Part shown: positions 52,908-64,000 of the stretch, piece after piece
Layout of the letters: the number at the start of each line of letters is the position of its first letter
Position numbering within the stretch: position 1 is the first letter of the stretch
Assembly: GCF_006345805.1 (NCBI RefSeq)
Contig: NC_043004.1
Coordinates: forward strand, 248,001-312,000
Length of the DNA stretch: 64,000 nt
Origin: Octopus sinensis
Lineage: Eukaryota
Reading direction: 5' to 3'
Position numbers and translations under genes: made by a program
The notes under the pieces: generated by a model
What the model saw: the letters and a program-made list of their open reading frames with translations, nothing else
The model's database searches: none
What the model was told of the DNA's origin: nothing

Positions 52908-52962
<55 letters not shown>

Positions 52963-53238
52963 ATTAGAAAAAACACCTTTTATCAATTCAAAATGAAAAA
53001 TTGAATGACACTATCTACAAAATTACATATAATAGAAATATTAAATATAAGATAAAAAATATACCGATGATTAAGTAATCTGCAAAATAATAAATAAAAT
53101 GTATATATTTGCTAGAATAACGACACGTGTTTCGTGGCTATATTTAAGAAATGATTATATATATATTATATTTTGTGAAATTTGATTTAGTATTTCTAAA
53201 TTGAATTTTTCCCTGTAAATTTGGAATAATATTCCCTC

Positions 53239-53284
<46 letters not shown>

Positions 53285-54765
53285 AATATGTTACATTACT
53301 CGATAGTCAAGATAAAACTCTGAGTTTCAGATGCTGAAGTGGGAATCCACGACATCTCTTCGGTTATCTGGCTATTTGAAAACGCTATGAAAAAATACCG
53401 TTGTCAATTTCTTAGACGTTTCCTTAGATCTTAATAAGAATATTTATAAGCCTTAGAGGAAGCCCAATGATAGACTAAGTTATATTAATGTAGGTTCATG
53501 CCATCCCCCTATAATATTCAAAAATTTTGTTAAAAATATTAGTAAGAGGATTTCTAGCCTCTCCTCTGATAAGGACATCTTCAATAGCGTTGCCCCAGTT
53601 TATAATAAGGCTTTAAAAGATAGTGGTTTTAAGGAAAAAATAAAATATACACCCATTACTAGCCCAACAGTAAGGAAAAGGAATAATAGAAATAGGAAGG
53701 TCATCCGGTTTTAAGCCCCCTTACTCACCCTAGGTGGCCTTCAATATAGGTAAATATTTCCTAGCACTGATAGATAGACATTTTCCAGTTAACCATACTT
53801 ATAGGAAACTCTTCAATAGACACAATTTAAAAATTAGTTTTAGTTCCACTACCAATTTTAAAAACATAATCAAACATAACATACAAAAAAACACAACCAG
53901 AAAACAGCTGTTCATGCAGGAATAAAGAACTGTGCCCGCTAAATGGAGCTTGCATGTCCAAGACCATCATATATGAAGCTACCGTAGACTCTATAACCAC
54001 TAAAGACACCGTTTTGACGAAGAAATACGTGGGCCTTACAGAGGGTAACTTCAAGGCCAGGTTCAATAACCACACTTTGAGCTTTAGGCACTGGAACAAA
54101 AGAAAAGCGACACAATTATCTAATCATATTTGGTCTTTAAGAGATAAAGGTGTCGATTATAACATACATTGGAAGATTTTGGCCAGATGTAAGCCCTATA
54201 CCAACGGCAGCGGAAGGTGCGGTCTATGCGACATGAGAGATGGCTTATCTGGAAAAGCAGCTTAGACCCTACTACATGTCTAAACACAAGGACAGAACTT
54301 TTCGGATCATGCCCATATGTGACTAAATTTCTGTTACGTTTTTGGTCCCCTAAAGAAAACAGATAGAACATGCTTTCTATGTTATGTCCCAAGAAGGTTT
54401 TTTTTACCTCATCGCACCTTCTATCATATATTTTATGTACATTTTTATATATTTTTTATATATTTTTTATGTATTTTTATATTATTTTTATGGCGAAAAA
54501 TACGAGCGATGTATAAGTACGCAGGCAAGCAGAGTTATAACACAGTAATTTCCCTTTGTATAACGGTATTTTTTCATAGCGTTTTCAAATAGTCAGATAA
54601 CCGAAGAGATGGTGTTGTGGATTCCCACTTCGGCATCTGAAACTCAGAGTTTTATCTTGACTATCGAGTAATGTAACATATTACTGTATAGATAAATTTC
54701 CTCTATTTACATAATATTGAGGTCTCTTTCTTTCTTTTGTTATCTTACCGTTTTACCAATATATA
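53285..54765 (+). mobile_element. 5'-truncated Penelope-like element with 3' pLTR and inverted pLTR copy at the 5' junction
   Basis: 53285-53402 is the inverse of 54562-54682; HHR-like motifs at 53310-53369 (-) and 54595-54657 (+). Confidence 0.88.
53403..54390 (+). pseudogene. PLE RT thumb/linker plus GIY-YIG endonuclease, frameshifted
   Basis: VNFLDVSLDL, YINVGSCHPP, NIGKYFLALIDRHFP, IIYEATV...YVGLTEGNFKARFNNH, RCGLC. Confidence 0.9.
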
Positions 54766-55080
54766 TATATTATATATATATATATATATTATATATATAA
54801 TATATATATATATGCATGTATGTATGCGTGTGGTGTGCGTGTGTGTGTTGAAAAGTGTAACATTAAGCAAAGACAGTCGTAAATTGTTGAAGAAGCAGGC
54901 TACGGCGTCTCTCATTTCTCCGTCTTAATAATTACATTTTTTTTTTCTTTGTAGATGATTCTGTTTATTTTCCTCCATAATACCGTTTGTTTGGCCTGTG
55001 TTTTGATGTTGTCGTCGTTGCTGTCGTTGTTGTTGTTCAGTTGCTTCTTTTCTTTTTTCTAATGTTGTTGTTTTCTTCAG

Positions 55081-55157
55081 GTAACACTTCAAGAATATAC
55101 ATTTAGAACGTGGAAGAAAGAACGAGAAGGAGAGGAGACGAGAGAAGGTGAGAGAGG
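55081..55157 (+). other. Candidate 77-nt exon or AG|GT recursive splice site
   Basis: ttCTAAT branch point, pyrimidine tract, CAG|GTAACA at 55080/55081; GG|GTGAGT donor at 55158. Confidence 0.3.
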
Positions 55158-55169
55158 GTGAGTAGAACG

Positions 55170-55304
55170 GGGAAAAAGATAGATAGATAAGGAGAGAGAG
55201 AGAGAGATAGACAGAGAGACAGATAGAGAGACAGACAGAGAAAGAGAGAGAGACAGACAGACAGACATATAGATAGATAGAGAGAGAGAGAGAAAGAGAG
55301 AGAG

Positions 55305-55363
<59 letters not shown>

Positions 55364-55469
55364 AGATAGATAGATAGATAGAGAGATAGATAGATAGATA
55401 GATAGATAGACAGATAGAGAGACAGACAGAGAAAAAGAGAGAGACAGACAGACAGACAGATAGATAGAT

Positions 55470-55520
<51 letters not shown>

Positions 55521-55557
55521 TAGAGAGAGAGAGACAGATAGAGAGACAGACAAAGAA

Positions 55558-55588
<31 letters not shown>

Positions 55589-55624
55589 TAGATAGAGAGA
55601 GAGAGAGAGAAAGAGAGAGAGATT

Positions 55625-55677
<53 letters not shown>

Positions 55678-55785
55678 ATGGATAGACAGACATATAGATA
55701 GATAGATAGATAGATAGATAGATTAGATAGAGAGAGAGAGAGAGAGTGGGGAGATGAGGATAGATAGATAGATAAATAGATAGAC

Positions 55786-55829
<44 letters not shown>

Positions 55830-55950
55830 TGAGATAGATAGATAGACAGACAGACACACACACAGACACACAGACAGAAAGACAGACACACAGACACACA
55901 GACAGAAAGACAGACACACAGACACAGAGAGAGACAGATAGAGAGAGTTG
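55170..55950. repeat. Compound GA/GATA/GACA microsatellite with internal block duplications
   Basis: Direct reading. Confidence 0.93.
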
Positions 55951-56244
55951 GGGAGAGGGATTAATTGACTGAGTAAGTAACCGTGTTTGCCAAAATATCG
56001 GAACGAAACACGGCGATTTCAGATGGGTTTCGAAATTGTCTTTCAAGCACATCTCTCTTGCTGGTATGTTAAGTACTTACTTCATTAGTTTTTTTCGCTC
56101 AGCCTTTAGTAATGTCAGATTTGTAAAACGATCCTACCTGAAGGTTTTATGAGGTCACAAAACTCTCATAATATTAACCGGCAACCACAGGAGAAGTTGT
56201 TATTGCCGCTTTGTTTTTAAAAGGCAATCTATTCACTTAATAAC

Positions 56245-56702
<458 letters not shown>

Positions 56703-56954
56703 AAGAATGAGAAATTATAAAACAAAATAGAATAATGTTACTTTTTTAAGCCAAACTAGAAAAGTATCGGGTGGGGGTGGGATGGGCTGCTTGGCACTTC
56801 TATTTGATATTTAGATCATCAGTATGTAATTAAATGTTTCATGTTGATGTTTTGGGACCCAGCACGCCCTCTACTTCATCTTCTGTGCAAAAGAAAACAC
56901 AAAGGAATTGAAGGACGCCGTTAGGATATTGTTAAACGTTTAAAGAATGAGAAA

Positions 56955-57079
56955 ATATAATAATAATAATAATAATATAATAATAATAATAATAATAATA
57001 GTAATAATAATAGTAATATAATAATAATAATAATAATAGTAATAATAGTAATATAATAATAATAATAATAGTAATAATA

Positions 57080-57118
<39 letters not shown>

Positions 57119-57205
57119 TAATAATAATAATAGTATAATAATAGTAATAATAATAATAATAATATATAATAATAATAATAATAGTAATATAATAATAATA
57201 ATATG

Positions 57206-57240
<35 letters not shown>

Positions 57241-57304
57241 CATAATAATAATAGTAATAACAATAGTAATAATAATAATAATAATAATAGTAATAATAAT
57301 AATT

Positions 57305-57353
<49 letters not shown>

Positions 57354-57365
57354 TAATAGTAATAA
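56955..57365. repeat. Degenerate (AAT)n array
   Basis: Direct reading. Confidence 0.95.
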
Positions 57366-57565
57366 CGTAAATTCCTCTTCTTTGTAAATGCAGTTTGACT
57401 CACTCTGAGGGAAGTTTTCGCCCACAGATATCAGTGTTTTCTTTAGCATGGTACCTCACCTGTGAGCATCTTCTGATGCAAAACCTTGTTCTTCCTTGAC
57501 GTCTCTGGTTGAGACTTGGAGACAACTCGTTTAAGTTAAATTAAAGCAAAACCAAAACAAATAGA
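57366..57565 (+). mobile_element. Probable 3' end of a LINE inserted in (AAT)n
   Basis: tctctggttgagacttggagacaact...taaagcaaaa is homologous to the reverse complement of 57777-57845; flanked by AAT. Confidence 0.55.
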
Positions 57566-57574
57566 AATAATAAC

Positions 57575-57607
<33 letters not shown>

Positions 57608-57684
57608 TAATAATAATAATAATATAATAATAATAAATAATAATAATAATAATAGTAATAATAATAATTATAATAATAATAATA

Positions 57685-57736
<52 letters not shown>

Positions 57737-57776
57737 TATTATTATTATTATTATTATTATCACTATTATTATTATT

Positions 57777-57929
57777 CTACGTTTGACTTTTGCTTTACAT
57801 CTGTACAAGTTGGCTCCAAGTCTTACCCAGAGACCTCAAGAGACAACAAGTTGGAAGTTCATGCTGGTGTTTTGCCTAGGGCGCCACATATTTGGTTTTG
57901 TACTTAGTGTTGTACTAGTGAATGTTTAC

Positions 57930-57930
<1 letters not shown>
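57777..57930 (-). mobile_element. Probable 3' end of the same LINE family, opposite orientation, in (ATT)n
   Basis: Minus: tctctgggtaagacttggagccaact...taaagcaaaagtcaaac followed by aataat. Confidence 0.55.
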
Positions 57931-57994
<64 letters not shown>

Positions 57995-58393
57995 GACTTT
58001 GCACAGCTTCTAACGCTGGAGATGTTCTACAGTGTCAGCTGTTCACTACCAGTGAACTAATGTAACACCTCTTGTTTTTTGAGCACCTTTCGGTTTATTC
58101 GAGCGGTTCCAAGCAATACTGTTTCCTTCCAGTGCTTCACCCTTATTACGGCCCCTATTTGTTCCACATACTTCTCGAGATTTTTGCTCACTGTTCCCAG
58201 GGCTCCGATAATTATTGATACTACTACCACCTTTTTCATCGACCACAACTGTTTAACCTCCCAAGTTAACCCTGTCATATCTCTCAACTTTTCTTTCTCC
58301 CTTATCGCATACCTTGTTGCCAGCTGGGCATTCTATATCTATCATCCAGCATAGCTTCTTTTCTTTCTCAATTAAGACTATGTCTGGCTTCCA
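57995..58393 (-). mobile_element. 5'-truncated R4/Dong-type LINE (RLE C-terminus plus 3' UTR) inside (TAA)n
   Basis: WKPDIVLIEKEKKLCWMIDIECP...KVERYDR and IIIGALG...LLGTARINRKVL parallel RPDIVV...IDVSIP...IIVGALG...LLGTAHILRRTL of the main LINE. Confidence 0.88.
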
Positions 58394-58461
<68 letters not shown>

Positions 58462-58590
58462 CCTTTCTAATAAAGGGACAAGACCTCAAATTTGGGGTGA
58501 AGGGGCTAATCGATCACATCGACCCCAGTGCGTGACTGGTACTTAATTTATCGACCTCGAAAGGATGAAAGGCAAAGTCGACCGCGGCGT
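58462..58590 (-). mobile_element. SINE family B, 3' part
   Basis: cgaaaggatgaaaggcaaagtcgacc motif. Confidence 0.8.
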
Positions 58591-58815
58591 AAATTTTGAG
58601 GGTGGAGTAACTCAAATAAACCAGCGTCAGTACTTGAGTGGCACTTTATTTTATGCGAAAAGTTGAAAAAATAAAAAAGAAAATGTTGACTTCTGCAAGA
58701 TTTTGTCCTTAGAATATAAAGAGCAAAAGATTGTAGCTAAAAGTCTCAAATTTCAGTCTTTTCTGATCAACTTCCGGTTTAATATTATAATTGAGATCTG
58801 TGATTATATCCAACA

Positions 58816-59213
58816 ACTAGCAGTATCGCCCGGCGTTGCTCGGGTTTGTTTCGTCCCTTTAGAATTAGAATTTTTGAAAAGTAAAAATTTCGCATTACGT
58901 AGCTTGTTATTCTCTTTAGGTGAACATTTTTCTGGTTGAAATACACCGAAAAATGGCGACACAGCAGTCAAAAAAATCATAAAAAATAGGGCTTTTCATA
59001 GAAAAAAAAGCACCTTTTTGATGTAAATAATTTTTGGTGTTAACATGGTCCGATTTGAATTATTTTTTTCGTCTACAGAATGAAGAGCAAGCCTTCTTCT
59101 ATCATACTCTCAATTTTGGTCAACTTGCGCCGCAGGGTCTCGGAGGAGATAGTGTTAGTTGAAAGCTATCAAACCTGCCATACACAGACAACTTCAGCTT
59201 TATATATAAAGAT
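58816..59213. mobile_element. Helentron/HINE (DINE-1/Lep1-like) non-autonomous element
   Basis: Starts actag-cagtatcgcccggcgttgctcggg (subterminal hairpin) and ends cagctttatatataaagat-t, typical of these families (from recall). Confidence 0.6.
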
Positions 59214-59477
59214 TATTCAGGATTATTCCACCACTTTCTTTCTATTTGTTCTATTTGTATTCCAATGTACGTCTAGTCTCGTTTATCACTGATTCATTCA
59301 TCACTGATCCGGGATAACACGGTACGCTTAATTATGAGCCATATTACGTTTATCACGGATTGCTCTGTGATATCACAGTCGGAAATCAGCCGAAGATTCT
59401 GCTTGTACTGCAAAAGCGCGCCCCAGCAACCAACCACAATGCTCATCCACCCAAATTTCATACTTGACGACCTAATT

Positions 59478-59858
59478 CGTTTCAGTCATTTGACTACGGC
59501 CATGCTTGAGCACTACTTTTAGTCGAGCAAATCGACCCTAGGACTTATTCTTTGTAAGCCTAGTACTTATCCTATTGGTCTCTTTTGCCGAACCTCTAAA
59601 TTACGGGGCGTAAACACACTACCATCGGTTGTCAAGCGATGTTGGGGGGACAAACACAGACACACAAACATATACACACACGTACATATATATACATATA
59701 TATACGACGGGCTTCTTTCAATTTCCGTCTATCAAATCCACTCACAAGGCTTTGGTCGGCCCGAGGCTACAGTAGAAGACATTTGCCCACGGTGTCACGC
59801 AGTAGGAATGAACCCGGAACCATATGGTCGGTAAGCAAGCTACTTACCACACAGCCAC
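59478..59858 (-). mobile_element. SINE family A, full length
   Basis: Reverse complement homology. Confidence 0.9.
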
Positions 59859-60572
59859 TAAAATATAAATAAATATATAAAAAATATCTTGTATCTTGGG
59901 AGGGTCATCACGCCAATAATAATAACGCATTGGTTCAACACTCTTTTATTGTTAACAACAACAACAACAACAATAATAATAATAACAACAACAACAACAA
60001 CAATAACAACAACAATAATAATAGTAATAATAATAAAAATAATAATAAAAATATTTGTCATAAGCACAAGAATAAACATTGGTGGGGGATTGGTTACTCA
60101 AATTGAAACCACTTCGTGACTGGTACTCAATATTTTGTCGGCAACAGTATTTGAACTTCGAGCTTAAAAATCAGGACAAACACTTGTAGGGCGTTCTCTC
60201 GATACTTCAATCAGTCTTCCTAGAGATTTTAATGAAAAGCCATGACTTCCTCGAGAGCATTACAGCCAAAAATAAAAGTAATAGTGGCCCTCAACCGAAA
60301 AACGAAACTTAACTAAAATCTTGTTTTTCAGTACTCTTTTTGTGTATAAGAGAAATTGCATGACTACGTCCTCGTTTTTCGTTGGGTTTTATGCTGTTTT
60401 CCTCCTCAAATTTTTATAACAGCTTTTGTTTTCATTTGACATATTTCATCATATTTGCTCTGAAATCTTGTCTTCAATGACGATGCGGGATTGCAGAATC
60501 AGTTGGTTTCTTTGTTTTACGAAGGGACTTTTTTTTAATTCCTATTTTACTCTCTCTCACTTTCTCTCTCTC

Positions 60573-60603
<31 letters not shown>

Positions 60604-61349
60604 TTCTCTTTTTGCATTTTTGTATCTATCCATCTTTCTGCTGAAGAAGTTCAACTCGCCTTTTCCCGCTAGCTTGCTTCTGTCTAAATAAAACGATACG
60701 TACACAATGAAGCGTCAAAATAGGATGACAGCTTGTTCATTCTCTAAGATTTAACATCAATTTTCATCAGACAAATTTCAGGAAAAAAATGACACACGAA
60801 TGCACATACGATATGTTTCTAGAATGTATATAATGAACCAACGAATCTGAGATAGTTATTGTTTACCTCCTGCCAAACGCACGATGATGGAGATATCGCT
60901 TCAGTCCCTTGTCTCTTTTAATTATCATTTCAATCTGGTACAAAGAACATTTCATTACGAAAAACAAATGCGGGACTACTAGGTTGTTAAAATTACGATG
61001 AAAGAGTTGGCGATTAAGGACAGCCTTCACTACCAGTTGCATCTCCATTCGTGACCGAGGCATTTAACTCACATTAGCCCAGCCCAGGAAGCGATAGAAA
61101 GCTTAGCTCGATGTTGACGAGATCAAGTGTCGGCCCGACGAGATTTCCTGTGAGATCCCTCCACCCCGTAATTTTTGGTTGAAACCAATATTACTTTCAA
61201 ATAGCAGCCAAATTTCTACCAAATCATACCTGACCTCTTAAAAGAAGAAGGAAACATCATACAATGTACTTCTAGGTGTATTGACTTGAGAAGGAGAAAA
61301 TACCGATTAAAACCGCGGCAACCACATTAGTAAGAGTACAAAAAAAAAA

Positions 61350-63070
61350 ACGAACCAGAGAATTCCCGCTATAACATTGATATAGTTGCAGAGACTCGTA
61401 AAGAAGGTGATGGTCAGCTTGAGGAAGTAGGAGGTGGATATACCTTTTTTGGAAGGGGAGGCTGACGGAGGAGCGCAGAGAGGCTGAAGTTGGCTTTGCA
61501 AGTTCTATCTGATACCCTTAAGAAGCTGGAAGAGCTTTTTGTTCCTATAAATGAACGTCTAATAATTCTACGATTGCACCTGAAAGGCAAGTGGTTTGCT
61601 ACTCTAATAAGTGCCTGTGCACCTATTTTGACTAGCTGTGGTGAAGATAAAACTATTTTTTTTTACTCAGATGAGAGCCATACTTAGGAAAATCTCCAAT
61701 TCTGATAAAGTCATTCTACTGGGGGGTTTCAATGCCAGGGTTGGAACAGGCCGGCAAACATGGAACTCTCGAGGATATTTAGATGTAGAGAAAACGAATA
61801 GCAATGGTCTCATGCTGTTGGAGCTTTGCGATGAACATTGACTTTACATCGCAAGCACTCATTTCATGCACAAAGATGATCACACAACAACATGGATGCA
61901 TCCAAGGTCTAAAGATTGGCACTTGCTGGATTATGTCATCATCTGCAAGCGTGACATCTATGATATTTGTAATGTCAAGTCCTTTCATGGACCGGAATGC
62001 TGGACAGACCATTCTGGTGCGAGCAAAGTTTCGGATGATGATTCGACTGAAAGAGAGAAGAGGGTCAGTTGGCATTCCTCGACGTCTGAATGTCCACAAG
62101 ATATATGATGATGTGTTGAGGAAAGAGCTCCAGACTCGCTTGTCTAGCATTGAAAATACTACAGTATGGGAAGATTTTCGAGACCACGTTCTTCAATTTG
62201 CTGCTGAAAGATTGGGATATGCTACTTCCAGACACAGAGGAAAATGATGCTGAAGTTCAGCGACTATTGGTGCTAAAGCGTCGTGCCCACAATGTATTGC
62301 TACACAAAGGATTTTCTGCTGTGCAGCGAAATCTAGTACTTGCCCACTATAGCAGTGTAAAATCCCTACTGCAGCGATCTCTCAGGAAGATGCAGAACAC
62401 TTGGTGGGAGGATCTTGCTCGTGATGTTCAGGCTGCTGCTGATGCAAATGACAGCAAGAAGCTTTACCAAAAGAGCTCTGCATCAGCTCCTTTGCTTTCC
62501 AAGGAGTCTTCCACTCTATTTACTAAACCAACAGAAATCACAGGTTGCTGGATTGAACACTTCTCTGAACTCCTGAACCGTGAGGCAATTGTGAATGAAA
62601 CAGTGATGTAACAAAGACCTATCATTGTCTCCTTAAATTCCACGCCCTCAATAGATGAGATAATGACAGAAATAAGTAAAGTGAATCTTGGTAGGGCACC
62701 TGGAAGGGATGGAATTTGTGTTGAGGTCTTGCAATTTGGTGGTGATTACATCACACAGTCCCTTCATGGAGGGATGGTGCAATGCCTAAGGACTGGAACG
62801 ATACAATTATTCTTCCCCTCTATAAAGAAAAAGGAGCCAGAATAATGTGTGGTAACTACAGAGGTATTGCTCAACTATCAGCTGCTGTCAGGGTTCTGGC
62901 AAATATTATTCTTATCCGCCTGAATGGGTGTCTCGTAAATGATATCCTATCTGAATCTCAATGTGGCTTCCGATCTGATAGAGGGGCAATGGATATGATT
63001 TTCGCAGCAAGACAGATGCAGGAGTGCTATAAGCAGAATATGGATCTTGTCCAGGTATTCATTGATTTAA
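61350..63070 (+). pseudogene. Decayed RTE-clade LINE (APE endonuclease plus N-terminal RT), 3'-truncated
   Basis: GYTFFWKG, INERL..LRL, LGGFNARVG, TWMHPRSKDWHLLDYVI, CWTDH, GNYRGI, LSESQCGFR, VFIDL across frames. Confidence 0.9.
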
Positions 63071-63139
63071 AGATGAGGAATTTTGCTCTTAAGGCCACGC
63101 TTTTCAATTGAACAAACTCAAATTGCCATGCAAACTCTT

Positions 63140-63236
63140 TCAGTTTCCGCCAATCAAATCCACTCTTAAGACTTTGCTCAACCCGAAAACACGTGGTTGA
63201 AAAGCAAGCTCCTTACCACACAGCCGCGCCTGCACC
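63140..63236 (-). mobile_element. SINE family A head fragment
   Basis: cttaccacacagccgcgcctgcacc and tcagtttccg remnants. Confidence 0.7.
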
Positions 63237-63729
63237 AACTTGAAATAACGCGAAAAATATTTTTATTGTAATGTTTAATGGTGTTTCTGTAGCCCTGTTC
63301 TCCTAACTTTGTTTATAATTTTTGAAATTTGAATAAATTTTAATTCTTTTCAGATATATAATGGCGGAATGCCAAATAAGGAGAGAAAAAAAACGAACGA
63401 ATTTATCTGACAACTGAATACAATAGCCTTAGCTAATAGACAGAGGCTTTCGTACTAAAATCAACTACAGTTGTTTTGAATGTCAATTCAAATAAATGTT
63501 TAACACTGAGCATAATAGAAACTAACGAAAGATAATGATCAACGGGAAAAGAAGCGAAAAATGTCAAGAAATACGTTTATCTCAATGCTGTCAGAGATAG
63601 TGTGAGGAGGGAAGGCGGTGTGATATCAAAAACAGGCTGCAAAATACAAGTAATGCATTCAAATGTCTGTAAACGTTGTGATCACCACGCTGAATTGGTA
63701 ACAAAACAAAACTATAACTATAACTATAA

Positions 63730-63802
<73 letters not shown>

Positions 63803-63952
63803 GTAATGCCCTCTATATAATATAATATAATAATATAATATAATATGATATAATATAATATAATATAATATAATATATTATAATATAATATATTGTAATA
63901 TAATATAATATATTATAATATAATATAATATAAATAATATATATTATATATA

Positions 63953-63984
<32 letters not shown>

Positions 63985-64000
63985 TATATTATATTATATT
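63730..64000. repeat. (CT)n/(TA)n/(AATAT)n low-complexity block
   Basis: Direct reading. Confidence 0.95.

Overview
AT-rich, microsatellite-dense eukaryotic non-genic DNA, most consistent with an octopus/coleoid cephalopod intron or intergenic region (inferred from repeat style, not a database match). No intact host gene, rRNA, functional tRNA or CRISPR array is supported; two isolated exon candidates are low confidence. Most listed ORFs are translations of simple repeats. The real content is mobile DNA: at least four tRNA-derived SINE families, a near-full-length R4/Dong-clade RLE LINE (~28649-32600), truncated R4-type copies inside (TAA)n arrays, three Penelope-like (PLE) remnants, a decayed RTE LINE, mariner/Tc1, hAT, pogo-like and Helentron-like pieces. 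The main unannotated signal is a dense set of type I hammerhead ribozyme (HHR) motifs read directly from the sequence, about a dozen intact or degenerate copies in several unrelated contexts. These include a 588-bp retrozyme-like tandem unit (3443-4362), a direct-plus-inverted complex with two canonical HHRs (51546-52457), and a SINE built as tRNA head + (AAT)n + HHR tail. One copy of that SINE, bounded by a 13-bp TSD, hosts the R4/Dong LINE in its (AAT)n tract. Catalytic activity and novelty are untested.
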